Source of the DNA: Nitrosopumilus sp.
GTDB taxonomy: Archaea; Thermoproteota; Nitrososphaeria; Nitrososphaerales; Nitrosopumilaceae
NCBI GenBank assembly: GCA_965205215.1
Contig: OZ242041.1
Coordinates: forward strand, 864,001 to 928,000
Direction of reading: 5' to 3'
DNA: 64,000 nucleotides
Below the pieces are notes generated by a model. The model made no database searches. It saw only the letters and a program-made list of their open reading frames with translations, and was not told where the DNA came from. A program made the translations under genes and the position numbers. Below, in pieces: positions 20,775 to 31,904 of the stretch; the stretch's first letter is position 1, and each line of letters starts with the position of its first letter.

Positions 20775-22040
20775 GTGAAATCTCCATCCATCACGATATT
20801 TGCAGGAATCAGCGGAATTGACAAAACCGGCTTTGTCAAAAAGATGCTGAGAATGTCCCGGATGACAAACAAGGTTCTTGTGATTGACTTTGAGGAAGAG
20901 CTGAGAAACGAGAGACGGAACCCCCCTGAGACATCCCCTGACATGGCGGCGTACTTGGACAGCCCGGATCCTACGCTCAAGTTTTCCATATTTGAGAGCA
21001 CCTTTCCGTGGGTGGCAAAGCTGATCGACGACGGCAAGAAAAAGTACGAACACGTGTTTCTCCTGATGCACCTGAGCTACTTTAAAAACAGCGAGTTCTA
21101 TCCGCCGTTCGTACCAATGCTGTTTGACCAGCTGTCCAAGAAACTGCCCTTCTCAAAGATCCGGATAATAACACTGATCGACGACGTATTCTCCATCTGG
21201 AAGACGATCTCCTCGCGCGAGGAAAAGGAGGGATATTTCAACACCAAGCTGAGCCTAAGGGAGATCCTGGCATGGCGATCCTTGGAGTCCCTGAGGGCAG
21301 AGTCATTGAAGATGTATTACGCGTACAGCCGTGAAGGGCGCCAGGTGTCCCACTACGTGATCTCAATCAGGCATCCGCACTCGACGTTTCACAACCTGCT
21401 CTTCAGGGAGGACGCGGTAAGAATCTACCTGTCATATCCGATATCCGAATCCCGGAAAACCGGCAGGGGCATCAGTGAGATCAACAGCTTCAGGGCCGAG
21501 ATGCACCGCCTGGGCAAGAAGCACGGGCTAGTAGTCTTTGACCCTGTCGCAATCGACGAGCTGTGCATCAAGTTTGCGCTTGACAGGCTGCTGGCAAGAA
21601 CTCCCAAGGAAAGACAAAGAGAGATCACGTCGGTACGAGTCACGCAGAACGACAGGTGGCCAATCTGCCTTGACGGACTTGTGGCTCCCGACATTCCCCT
21701 GCCTGTCACCCTGCCAAGAAACGAGATAGAGGATGTCGTAAAAGACGTTGGAAACCAAATCTCATCCCGCGACTATACGCTTGTGGACGCCGCCTCGTAT
21801 CTTACGGTCTACAGGCCGTTCTACAACAAGAAGCCGTCCAAGGGGGCAGAGAAGGAGATTGACAGGGCCAACGATCACATGAAGCGCGTACTAGTCTATC
21901 ATCCAAGGGAGGATTATGTTGGATCTGCTGCCGCCACTACCCACCCGTTTGGCTCCCGGACCAAGGCGTATGATGCGAAGGAGGATTTCTTTGGCGACTT
22001 ACAAAGGCTTATCAGAAAGAAAAAGGCAAAGGATAAATGA
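20775..22040 (+). CDS. P-loop kinase-like domain fused to a nucleoside 2-deoxyribosyltransferase-like domain
   Basis: GISGIDKT is a degenerate Walker A; IYLSYPI...FDP...RDYTLVD...SKGAEKEI is an NDT-like pattern. GTG start inferred. Confidence 0.6.
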   Translation: MKSPSITIFAGISGIDKTGFVKKMLRMSRMTNKVLVIDFEEELRNERRNPPETSPDMAAYLDSPDPTLKFSIFESTFPWVAKLIDDGKKKYEHVFLLMHLSYFKNSEFYPPFVPMLFDQLSKKLPFSKIRIITLIDDVFSIWKTISSREEKEGYFNTKLSLREILAWRSLESLRAESLKMYYAYSREGRQVSHYVISIRHPHSTFHNLLFREDAVRIYLSYPISESRKTGRGISEINSFRAEMHRLGKKHGLVVFDPVAIDELCIKFALDRLLARTPKERQREITSVRVTQNDRWPICLDGLVAPDIPLPVTLPRNEIEDVVKDVGNQISSRDYTLVDAASYLTVYRPFYNKKPSKGAEKEIDRANDHMKRVLVYHPREDYVGSAAATTHPFGSRTKAYDAKEDFFGDLQRLIRKKKAKDK

Positions 22041-22062
22041 GAAGCGATGGTGGCGACATAGG

Positions 22063-22536
22063 TTGATAGACTACGAGAACGATCCGGTGCTCAGGATTCT
22101 GCGCAGCCTAGGACCGATCAGTATGTCCATCTTTTACGACCGGCTGCGGCTGCAAAAACTCGCGTATCTTGCACAGGAGCTGGGCGCAGGCCCCCGATAT
22201 TCTTACTCGTGGTACGTCCACGGGCCCTATTCATCCCCGCTGACCTCGGCACTGTTTCTCGGAGAGGAGTTGGGCAAGTTCTCGTCCAAGCCAATCCTGA
22301 CGGCGGACGAGTCGGCCGTGGTCTCGCGACTAAAGTCGCTGCTAGGCAAGAAGATCTCCGATCCGTCAAAGCTGGAGCTGTTTGCCTCCATATGGTATCT
22401 TCTGCCCTCCAAAAGGGTTTCAAGTGACGACAGGGAGACTGTGCTGGAAGTCATGTGCAAGGAGAAGCCGTATTTTACTCGGCGTAGCGTAGAATCCGCA
22501 CTGGCCGCAATCCTCAACTTTAGAAAATCACTCTAG
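22063..22536 (+). CDS. SocA/YwgA-like winged-helix protein
   Basis: RLRLQKLAYLAQ..YSWYVHGPYS..LELFASIWYL. TTG start inferred. Confidence 0.6.
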   Translation: MIDYENDPVLRILRSLGPISMSIFYDRLRLQKLAYLAQELGAGPRYSYSWYVHGPYSSPLTSALFLGEELGKFSSKPILTADESAVVSRLKSLLGKKISDPSKLELFASIWYLLPSKRVSSDDRETVLEVMCKEKPYFTRRSVESALAAILNFRKSL

Positions 22537-23106
22537 GCCTGGTTCTAGCGCAAGCCCGGACGTTTGCTTTTTTACGATTTTAAGTGTGCTTTACAGTCTG
22601 CACCCTGCAGGATTGTGCAGGGTTGAGAAAAAATGGACGGACAGCAGAAATTATCGCGCATCAGCGCCGTCCGAGTTGTTACCGACTCGATGATTTTATG
22701 CTGCTCTCGGTCTGATCATCTCCATCCATGTGCCATTTGTGAGCGTGTACGCCGTTGCTGTTGTTGTAATGCCGTGCATGCGGTAGCTGCACCTGCGCGC
22801 ATCTGCGGCCCCTTTGCCGTGCAGCATACGTCTGCATGCGCTACGAAACGACGACAGCGTGTCATCTGTATGACCTACGTCAACATGTGCGCCGTCGCGT
22901 CCCTGAACAGGCTCACCGCACCCAGATCTTGCAGATGACGGTGCGCCCGCAGGCGCTTGGTATGGGAATCGATCATGCACAGGCGGCCGGTATTTGGGCC
23001 CGAGATCCGTATCGGCTTTTCATTCCGCAAGATTACTTTTTAAAAGGATGATTTAGGATAGGAATAAATGACACCAAGACAAACACGGTTTGATAGACAC
23101 AGACTA

Positions 23107-23273
23107 ACTCCAAGCTCTCCACTCCAAGCTCTCCACTCCAAGCTCTCCACTCCAAGCTCTCCACTCCAAGCTCTCCAAGCTCTCCACTCCAAGCTCTCCA
23201 CTCCAAGCTCTCCACTCCAAGCTCTCCACTCCAAGCTCTCCACTCCAAGCTCTCCACTCCAAGCTCTCCACTC
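23107..23273. repeat. 14-bp VNTR (actccaagctctcc), 11 units plus one 9-bp partial
   Basis: Read directly; ends about 35 bp before the mod1 ATG. Confidence 0.95.
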
Positions 23274-23308
23274 ATAGATACAAAGAGTGGGGTCACAAGG
23301 TACAGTGC

Positions 23309-24967
23309 ATGGGGGTGGCATTGCCCCTGACCAGCCTTCAGTTCGCATACAAGGAACTGATTGCAGGCCACCATCTCCAAGTGCCGCATAGGGATCTTAG
23401 GATTGACAGTAAAAAATCACTCAACTATGACAAAAAGGAGCCGTTGGCAGACAATCTCATTATACATGGGGATAATCTGCACGCACTCAAGGCTCTGCTG
23501 CCAAAGTATGCAGGGCGTGTGAATTGTATTTACATCGATCCACCGTACAACACGGGCAATGAAGGATGGGCATACAACGACAACGTAGCCAGTTCGGTAT
23601 TCAAGCAGTGGTTCAAAAAGACCATTGACTCTGAAGATCTGGAGCGCCACGACAAATGGTTGTGTATGATGTGGCCACGGCTTCAGTTACTCCGAGAATT
23701 ACTGGCAGATGACGGCATCATCTTTGTGTCTATTGATGACAATGAGCAACATCATTTGAAGACAATAATGGACGAAATTTGGGGAACAGAAAATTTTCTT
23801 GCAGATATTATCTGGCAGCATCGCTACGGCAGAAGCAACAACGCAAAGCTATTTTCAAACCAGAGAGAGCATATTATTACATACAGAAAATCAGATCTTG
23901 TTTCTCACATACGCGTTAAGCGTGATGATAAATTAAATCAAACTTACACAAATCCAGATGAGGACTCACGTGGGAGCTGGATATCAAGCTCCTATGTCAA
24001 TCCCGCAACCAAAGAGAAGCGCCCTAATTTGGTCTATCCAATTATAAATCCACATACAGGTATAGAAGTAAATCATCCAACCCATGCTTGGAAATACAGT
24101 TATGAAACTTATCAGAATCATGTACAAGAAAATAAGCTTTGGTGGGGCATCAAGGGAAATTTTAAGTATCCTCGACTCAAGAATTTTCTCAAAGAATCTA
24201 AAGAAAAGGGAATTGTGCCTACAGATTTACTGTTACCCGAGATGGCGGGAACCACGGATGAAGGGACTAGCACTTTACAAGAAATTTTTCAGGACGACAA
24301 TGTGGATTTCAACAATCCGAAACCAATCAAATTGATACAAAACTTGATTTCTATCGCAGAAGGAGCATCAAACAAGAGGGGAATTATTCTAGATTCCTTC
24401 GCCGGGTCTGGCACCACCGCCCACGCAGTCATAGCATTGAACAGAGAGGACGGAGGAGACCGCAAATTCATTCTAGTCGAATGTGAGGACTATGCAGACA
24501 CCATAACGGCCGAGCGCGTGCGCCGTGTCATAGGTGGTGTGCCAAACGCCAAAGGCCTGCAAAGAAGAACAGGTGGCTCTTTCACGTACTGCACCATGGG
24601 CGAGGCCATAGACATAGACAAGATGCTGACCGGCGACTCCATGCCGGATTTTCAGACATTGGCATCATTTTTGCTCTACCACACGCATGCAATATCCACA
24701 GAAAAAACCCTCAAGCCGGGACCGCATGGAAAATTTTACTCGACCGACACACGGGATTATTATCTGTTGTATGAACCCAACGTCAAATATTTGCGTACCA
24801 CAACCCTGACGGAAAAAATGGCAAATATAATTTCCAAAAAAGGCAGGGAAGCCATAGTGTTTGCACCGGACAAGAAGCAGAGCCAGGCAGATCTATCAAA
24901 GCTGAAGATAATCTTTTGTCGTTTGCCAGACGCAATATTGACCAAGGGCGGTTACTCCAATGACTAG
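23309..24967 (+). CDS. mod: Type III RM methyltransferase Mod, copy 1
   Basis: GDNLHAL, IYIDPPYNTG, NPKP and LDSFAGSGTT. Confidence 0.92.
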   Translation: MGVALPLTSLQFAYKELIAGHHLQVPHRDLRIDSKKSLNYDKKEPLADNLIIHGDNLHALKALLPKYAGRVNCIYIDPPYNTGNEGWAYNDNVASSVFKQWFKKTIDSEDLERHDKWLCMMWPRLQLLRELLADDGIIFVSIDDNEQHHLKTIMDEIWGTENFLADIIWQHRYGRSNNAKLFSNQREHIITYRKSDLVSHIRVKRDDKLNQTYTNPDEDSRGSWISSSYVNPATKEKRPNLVYPIINPHTGIEVNHPTHAWKYSYETYQNHVQENKLWWGIKGNFKYPRLKNFLKESKEKGIVPTDLLLPEMAGTTDEGTSTLQEIFQDDNVDFNNPKPIKLIQNLISIAEGASNKRGIILDSFAGSGTTAHAVIALNREDGGDRKFILVECEDYADTITAERVRRVIGGVPNAKGLQRRTGGSFTYCTMGEAIDIDKMLTGDSMPDFQTLASFLLYHTHAISTEKTLKPGPHGKFYSTDTRDYYLLYEPNVKYLRTTTLTEKMANIISKKGREAIVFAPDKKQSQADLSKLKIIFCRLPDAILTKGGYSND

Positions 24968-26579
24968 CATTCAATTTGCATACAAGGAATTGGTTGCCCC
25001 ACACCATCTGACGATACCGCCATTAGGTCTAAAAATAGACAAGAAAAGATCGTTCAGTAAGCAAGATGCAAAATTCACACCATCACTAGAAGACAATCTG
25101 ATAATACAGGGGGACAATCTACACGCGCTTAAAGCATTGCTGCCAAAATATGGCGGCCGTGTCAACTGCATATACATTGATCCACCCTACAACACGGGCA
25201 ACGAGGGATGGGCATTCAATGACAATATGACTGATCCTGCGTTTAAACAGTGGCTCAAAAAAACGATTGATTCCGAGGATTTGGAGCGCCACGACAAGTG
25301 GTGTTGTATGATGTGGCCAAGGTTACAGTTGTTGAGAGAATTACTTGCAGATAATGGAGTGATCTTTGTTTCCATTGACGACAATGAGCAGCATCGTTTG
25401 CGAATGATGATGGATGAGATATTTGGGGCAGAAAACTTTGTGACCAATATCGTATGGCAGAAAAAATTTAGTCCACAAAATGACGCTAGGTGGTTTTCAG
25501 ACAATCACGACTTTATCATATGTTATGCCATAAACAAGGATGATTGGAAGCCTATTTTGCTACCACGAACAGACGCTCAAAATGAGCGATACAAGAACAT
25601 AGATGATGACCCGCGGGGGCCGTGGGGATCTAGTGGTCTTGATGTAAAGACATATGAAGAAGAGTATGACTATCCAATTACCACCCCTTCAGGACGAGTT
25701 GTTAATCCGCCCAAAGATAGTTGTTGGAGATATTCACCGGAACGATTCAAAGAACTCGTAGCGGATAACCGTATATGGTTTGGAAAGAAAGGAAATAATG
25801 TTCCACGTGTCAAAAAATTCCTTTCCGAGGTTAAATCTGGTGTGACTCCACTCACAATATGGAAGTATGAAGACGTTGGCCACACACAGTACGCCACGCA
25901 AACATTGAAGCGTCTTGGAATATCATTTTCAAACCCAAAACCACACACACTAATAGAAAAGGCATTACGTATAGGAGCCGATAAAAATGCCATAATCCTA
26001 GATTCGTTTGCGGGCTCTGGTACCACCGCACATGCGACATTGGCATTAAATAAAAAAGATGGGGGTAACCGCAAGTTTATTCTGGTTGAAAGCAATGATC
26101 ATGCCAACACAAAAACCGCTGAACGCGTACGCCGCGTCATACGGGGCATACCAAAGGACAGAGATATCGATCTGCGGGAAGGCACCGGTGGTTCTTTCAC
26201 ATACTGCACGCTTGATGAGCCCATAGACACGGACAACATGCTGGCTGGTGAGTCACTGCCGGACGTTGGATCCTTGGCATCGTTTCTGTTGTATAACGCG
26301 CATGGAATATCAACTGAAAAGACACTCAAGCCACGACAAGACGGACTATTCTATTCGACCGACACAACTGACTACTACTTACTATACAAGCCGGACATAA
26401 AATACCTGCGTACCGCCTCATTGACGGAAAAGACCGCCGCGGCAATCAGCAAAAAAGGCAAGGAGGCAATAGTGTTTGCGCCCGACAGGGTGCAGAGTCA
26501 AAGGGAACTTTCAGCCCTTGGAATAACGTTTTGTAGATTGCCCGACGCAATCCTGAGTAGCACAGGAGGTTGCCCATAA
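24960..26579 (+). CDS. mod: Type III RM methyltransferase Mod, copy 2
   Basis: Same motifs with a divergent central TRD; overlaps mod1. Confidence 0.92.
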   Translation: MTSIQFAYKELVAPHHLTIPPLGLKIDKKRSFSKQDAKFTPSLEDNLIIQGDNLHALKALLPKYGGRVNCIYIDPPYNTGNEGWAFNDNMTDPAFKQWLKKTIDSEDLERHDKWCCMMWPRLQLLRELLADNGVIFVSIDDNEQHRLRMMMDEIFGAENFVTNIVWQKKFSPQNDARWFSDNHDFIICYAINKDDWKPILLPRTDAQNERYKNIDDDPRGPWGSSGLDVKTYEEEYDYPITTPSGRVVNPPKDSCWRYSPERFKELVADNRIWFGKKGNNVPRVKKFLSEVKSGVTPLTIWKYEDVGHTQYATQTLKRLGISFSNPKPHTLIEKALRIGADKNAIILDSFAGSGTTAHATLALNKKDGGNRKFILVESNDHANTKTAERVRRVIRGIPKDRDIDLREGTGGSFTYCTLDEPIDTDNMLAGESLPDVGSLASFLLYNAHGISTEKTLKPRQDGLFYSTDTTDYYLLYKPDIKYLRTASLTEKTAAAISKKGKEAIVFAPDRVQSQRELSALGITFCRLPDAILSSTGGCP

Positions 26580-29176
26580 TGCCACTCAAGGACTATCAGC
26601 AGGCCGTGGTGGACGACTTTGAGCGCTGGTATGACATGCTAAAAAAAGACAGAGAAAGGATGGAGACAGTACAAGACGACATCAAGAAGGCAAAAGAGGC
26701 GAGACTAAGCAAGGAAGTTATCGAGGATATGCGTTCAAAGGCAAGATTGGATTTGTCCGAAATATGGCGCAGATTCCAAAACGACGAAAGCGACGAATGG
26801 AAGGAACGTACTGACCATGCGGGCAATTCCATACCCCATGTCTGTATCAAGGTTCCTACCGGTGGCGGCAAGACGCGCATAGCGGCCGCCATATTGCAAA
26901 AAACCAGAAAGACACGTGGCCTAGTAATTTGGATGATACCAACAAAGGCAATAGAAGAGCAGACCATAAACATACTCAAGGACAAGCAACACGCAATACG
27001 CCAGATGCTCGATACACATTCAGGCAACAGAATAATGATAGTGAGGAAAGATACTCGTATCTCCAAGTACGATTTGAAAAACAACCTCTGCATCATGCCC
27101 CTGATGCTGCAGAGCACAAATCGCAGAAGAAACACGGATTTTCTGAAGATGAACCGGTCAAACGGTCAGTACGCTGAGTTTTTTCCTCCGACTGACGATG
27201 TCCGAAAAATTGGAGAGTTCAACAAGCGTCATCCCGGTCTGGATGTGCGGGAAGGCACAGCAGACATTCCCGAAACAAGCCTCAAGAACGTCTTGAGAAT
27301 GTGCAGGCCCATAATCATACTGGATGAGGCCCACAAGGCATCTGCCAAGAACTTTGGGGAATGGGCAAAGTACGTCAATGACCTGGGGCCAAGCATGGTG
27401 GTTGAACTGACGGCCACGCCAAACGAGGAATACAGCAACATACTGAGAACCGTCACTGGCAGGGAATTGCTTGACGAATCGATGATAAAGAAGAGCATCA
27501 TACTGGCTCAGAGCGCCCCGAACTGGCATCTGACTTTGAATAGCGCGGCAAAACAACTCAAAGAGCTAGAAAAAAAGGCACGTCGCCACCAAAACACACA
27601 ACACATCAGGCCAATAATGGTAATTCGTGTGGAACTAACGGATCCCAAACTGTATGAACCGAATGAGCGTACACGGACGGGCGCCAAAACACACGCCATT
27701 GACGCACAAAACTATCTTACGGACAAGCTCGGCATCCCTAGGGATCAAATCGCGATCAAATCCTCTGCGACTGACGAGTTAAGGGGGCAGAATCTGATGG
27801 AACAAGGATCTCCCATACGCTATATCATAACCAAAAATGCACTCATGGAGGGATGGGATTGTCCGTTTGCATACATGCTTGTCATTTTGGACAACCTACA
27901 GAGCCAGACCGCGCTTACGCAGCTCTTGGGACGCATCATGCGGCAGCCATACATTACATACACGGATGACAAATCACTGGATAACTGCTATGTATATTGC
28001 ATGTACGAGGATGTAGAACGTGTGATTACACTGATTCAAAAGCAACTGCATGACGAAGGATTTGGCAGCATGAAGGGCTATGTGCGGCACGTAACTGAAG
28101 ATAGGAAGGAAAGACGAACAAATAAGCGCCGCGAAAAATTCCAATCTCTGGAGATACACCTACCCATGGTATCGCACAAAGACGGCAACAAATGGACGGA
28201 CATAGATTACGAAAAGCACATTGTAAGCAATATTCCATGGAACGACATAGCGGTTTCACCTCCCAAACCCAATGACATGAAGAATCTGAAGAAAAGGATA
28301 AGCGACGGCGTTGTGATCGACATTGTGACCGGCAGGAGTGATGATTTTTTTGCCGAGGATGAGGGCACGGATGGAAGCGCTGCTGACACAACGCCCAGCC
28401 TGTTTGAGTGGGCCGCCACAGTCTCCGACTTGGTGCCAAATGCGTGGAATGCCTCGCGCATAATACGGGACTTTTGGCGCGATCTCAAAATACCACACCG
28501 CCTTATTAAAACGAATGAAAAGGATCTACAATCAATTTTCATTGAAAGTCTGAAAGCAGAGATAATAAGCCGTGCCGAATCAATATTCAGAGAAAAGATC
28601 AAGAACAAAACAATACAGTTTGACATGCAGGTGCCGTCAACAATATTCAAGATACACGACACGTATGAAATCACACCGGGCGAGGAAGAGGAGAACTTGT
28701 TGGCAAAAAGAGAACGGGGCGAGTCTGTCCAGCTCAGTCTCTTTGAACCCGTATACAAGGAAGACTTTACAACCGACCCGGAGCGCCTGTTTGCCCAATA
28801 TCTGGACGAAGCGGAAGCCATAGAATGGTGGCACAGGATAGCTGCCAGAAACAGATCCGAGTACTATCTGCGCGGATGGAAAAAGGACAAGATATACCCG
28901 GATTTTATCGCTGTGTTCAACAAGGACGACAAAAGGGTGCTACGAATATATGAAACCAAGGGAATTCATCTTGGAACCAATGATGACGCAGAATACAAGG
29001 ACAAGGTATTAAAGCTGCTTGGGGAGACGCTTACGGCTGGGAAGATGACAGTTACTGGAAACCGAGTACTGGAAGGTGACTTCATGATTGTGCTTGAAAG
29101 GGACATTGCCAATTCGGTGAAGACCGGAATAGTCACAGGAGCCCCTGCCCAGCCCACATCTTTGAAGCCACAGTGA
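26579..29176 (+). CDS. res: Type III RM restriction subunit Res
   Basis: PTGGGKT, DEAH, TATP, EGWD, GRIMR and C-terminal YPDFI..ETKG; TAATG coupling to mod2. Confidence 0.9.
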   Translation: MPLKDYQQAVVDDFERWYDMLKKDRERMETVQDDIKKAKEARLSKEVIEDMRSKARLDLSEIWRRFQNDESDEWKERTDHAGNSIPHVCIKVPTGGGKTRIAAAILQKTRKTRGLVIWMIPTKAIEEQTINILKDKQHAIRQMLDTHSGNRIMIVRKDTRISKYDLKNNLCIMPLMLQSTNRRRNTDFLKMNRSNGQYAEFFPPTDDVRKIGEFNKRHPGLDVREGTADIPETSLKNVLRMCRPIIILDEAHKASAKNFGEWAKYVNDLGPSMVVELTATPNEEYSNILRTVTGRELLDESMIKKSIILAQSAPNWHLTLNSAAKQLKELEKKARRHQNTQHIRPIMVIRVELTDPKLYEPNERTRTGAKTHAIDAQNYLTDKLGIPRDQIAIKSSATDELRGQNLMEQGSPIRYIITKNALMEGWDCPFAYMLVILDNLQSQTALTQLLGRIMRQPYITYTDDKSLDNCYVYCMYEDVERVITLIQKQLHDEGFGSMKGYVRHVTEDRKERRTNKRREKFQSLEIHLPMVSHKDGNKWTDIDYEKHIVSNIPWNDIAVSPPKPNDMKNLKKRISDGVVIDIVTGRSDDFFAEDEGTDGSAADTTPSLFEWAATVSDLVPNAWNASRIIRDFWRDLKIPHRLIKTNEKDLQSIFIESLKAEIISRAESIFREKIKNKTIQFDMQVPSTIFKIHDTYEITPGEEEENLLAKRERGESVQLSLFEPVYKEDFTTDPERLFAQYLDEAEAIEWWHRIAARNRSEYYLRGWKKDKIYPDFIAVFNKDDKRVLRIYETKGIHLGTNDDAEYKDKVLKLLGETLTAGKMTVTGNRVLEGDFMIVLERDIANSVKTGIVTGAPAQPTSLKPQ

Positions 29177-29189
29177 ATGCTTATGCGAG

Positions 29190-30794
29190 TTAATTCAGTA
29201 GACGACGTTCAATTTCCTTACTTACGGCCTCGGCTCGTCGAACCAGAAATTTATCAAATTTGTTGTCCCATACCCCAAAAGCTGTTAGATCATCTATCAT
29301 GTGGGTCTTCATGGTTTCGTCAAGCTTTGGGTTCTCTTGTCGGAATTCCTTCATGTATTTAGAAGGCGACTTATTCTTGATCTTATTCTTGTTTAGATAG
29401 TCATCTACGATCGTGATGTTCAGTACGTTGTTAATATCGTCTTCATCTATACCCTCCTTTTTGAGCCAGGATTTTGGAAAAAAGTGATGATAGTTTTTGC
29501 TGTTTGTCTGCTTGAGCCAGTCATTGTTTACATTGACGAGGTCATTATTGTCAAACGCCCTTGGCTGGCAGGATGTATAGAGGCACAGTATTGCCTTTAT
29601 GTAGCTCGTGCTTATACTAAACCACCCCTCCGTCTCCAGTATGTCGCTGGGTGCGATGTTAATCTTCCAATCATAACTGGGCAGTGTGTTGTCGAGTATC
29701 TTCTCGATCCGCTGTACATCCTGCACGAGCTTGGTTTCCACGGCTGATGAATATCTGTATCCTAAAGATACCCGCCAGAAAAAGTCATCCAGATACTTTT
29801 GCTGATTGTAAGATGGTTTTTCCTTTTGCCTGTAAAAGAAATAGGAAAATGGCACGATCAAAGTGTGGTACGGCAAAAGATTGGAGGCGGGGATCCGATA
29901 ATGGTCTCTAAAGTGGTCAATGGCATCCCTGATTGCATCCATTGCTTCATTCCACACATCTATGAATTTCTCCTTGGGAAGCTTCAGAATGGTGCTTCGT
30001 CTGCAGTCACGAACCAGGATCATCGATACCAACTGCAGAATTGGTGACGGGGATATGGTTTCATATCCTGCCTCTTCGAGTTCGTCGATTAATTCGTCGA
30101 ATTTTTCGGCAAGATCAAAATCCTTTTCATGGTCATATGTTTTTGCAACCATAATTTCAAACACGGTGAGGGGCTTGCCACCTTCGTTGATTCGTGTAAA
30201 TATCTCCGTGGCAACGTCGATCTCAATTCCACCCACCTGAATAACGGAATAATTGTAAGAGCATATTGTTTCCTTGTACAGATCAAGCTTATCGTGGTAT
30301 TGGTCGGGATATTTTGTGAGATCTGTTAGTTTTCCATCAAGTAGAGTTGTCAAAGGAATCAACTGATCAGGATTCTTGCCATCAGTCTCAGCTGTGATGA
30401 TTTTTTCGTCTGGGTCCGCTTCCAGATCAACACATATTCTAGAAAAGTCATCGATCCGACCATCCCTATTGGTTATGGACACACCCTTTAAAGCCGCAAA
30501 AAGACTGGTAATCCTCTGCTGGCCATCAAGTATGAACTCAACATAATCGCCAGCAGGGGGTGTAGGCAGTTCTAGATTGCCGATATTCCTTACAGAACGG
30601 AGCCTCTCTTTGGTTTTCCAAAAGATGAATGTTCCTATGGGATATCCTTTGATGATGCTATCTAGAAGTTCGGCTGACTTTTCAACTTTCCATACAAAAT
30701 CACGCTGAAACTGAGGAATCTTCAACGTGCCCGCCGATATGTCGTTCATAAGGTTTGAAAACTGTTTGTTTATGGGTTGTGGCAAGTTTACCAT
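29190..30794 (-). CDS. DUF262-domain, GmrSD-like nuclease with HNH-like C-terminus
   Basis: IPQFQRDFVW, LDGQQRITSL, FTRINEGG and HHFFPK...N...N. Confidence 0.85.
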   Translation of the reverse strand: MVNLPQPINKQFSNLMNDISAGTLKIPQFQRDFVWKVEKSAELLDSIIKGYPIGTFIFWKTKERLRSVRNIGNLELPTPPAGDYVEFILDGQQRITSLFAALKGVSITNRDGRIDDFSRICVDLEADPDEKIITAETDGKNPDQLIPLTTLLDGKLTDLTKYPDQYHDKLDLYKETICSYNYSVIQVGGIEIDVATEIFTRINEGGKPLTVFEIMVAKTYDHEKDFDLAEKFDELIDELEEAGYETISPSPILQLVSMILVRDCRRSTILKLPKEKFIDVWNEAMDAIRDAIDHFRDHYRIPASNLLPYHTLIVPFSYFFYRQKEKPSYNQQKYLDDFFWRVSLGYRYSSAVETKLVQDVQRIEKILDNTLPSYDWKINIAPSDILETEGWFSISTSYIKAILCLYTSCQPRAFDNNDLVNVNNDWLKQTNSKNYHHFFPKSWLKKEGIDEDDINNVLNITIVDDYLNKNKIKNKSPSKYMKEFRQENPKLDETMKTHMIDDLTAFGVWDNKFDKFLVRRAEAVSKEIERRLLN

Positions 30795-30836
30795 GAATAG
30801 CAAGACTCTACAAGAGTATAACAAGATTTCCACATC

Positions 30837-31904
30837 TATAGTGTGACGCAAAAGTCTTTGCGACTGTCAAATCTGCGCCCGCAACCTTTTTTGATCGCCA
30901 GATACACCGCCCGGCATGGATGAGAAAGACAGGGACCTGCTCATTCGGGACTTCAAGGCAGAAAAAGACCACCTCATAGGAACAGGATTCACGCAGTCTG
31001 CATGGTCAAGATCAACGGATTGAAGGCATCCGAGGTCGCCTCGCTGTGCTACTGCGACTCGCGCACTGTATCCGGCTGGGTTCGGAGCTTTGACGAGGAC
31101 GGCCTTGCAGGCCTGAAAGACAGGCTCCGTTCGGGCAGGCCGCCAAGGGTGGCCCTGAAGAAGATCAGGAAGATCATTGCGGGGGAGGCGGCATCACGCC
31201 GCCAAGGTTGCTCAAGAACACCATACGCGAAAAGCATGGGGTGGAATACCACATAACAAACGCCAAGAAGATAATGCACAGGCTCGGCATGTCGGCCAAG
31301 ACGTCGCAGGCGGTGCACGCCAGCCGTGCGGAGATGGGGGAGATCAGGGAGTGGCAGCGGGACACAAAGCGGCGGATCGCGTACCTGAAATCGCGGGGGA
31401 TTTGCCACCGCGGTCGTTGACGAGTCCATATTCATCAACGGCCCGGGAAGCGGCGTGAAGTACTGGTCGCCGAGGAGCGTCCCCGTCATAACTGCATACA
31501 ACGGAAGCCACGACAGGATAGTGGTGTACGGGCGCTCACGACGGACGGCAGGCAGTTTGTCAGGACGTACGAGGGATTCGACAAGGAGACGTTCCTAAAG
31601 TACCTAAAGGCGCTGGTCGGCCACTTTGGTAGAACCGCAATAATCATGGACAATGCGCCGTAGCACAAGGCCAGAATAGTACGGGAGTACTTGGAGGGTG
31701 AGCCAGACGCGAGGATCATCTGGCTTCCTAGGGCGACGCCGGAGCTCAGCGTGGTCGAGGAGTACTGGCACCAGTCAAAGCGCGACCTGCTGGTCAGTGA
31801 GTATTATTCGACGGTGGTGCACATGCGCCGTGCCCCAAACTCGACGCAATGAAATTCATCAATAGAACGTCTCTGCCCAGCAAAAACCCTTGATCGTCAC
31901 TATA
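30837..31904 (+). mobile_element. IS630-family element, degenerate transposase
   Basis: Ends tatagtgtgacgcaaaag / ttgatcgtcactata; HTH RSGRPP, VDES and MDNA fragments with frameshifts and stops. Confidence 0.8.
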
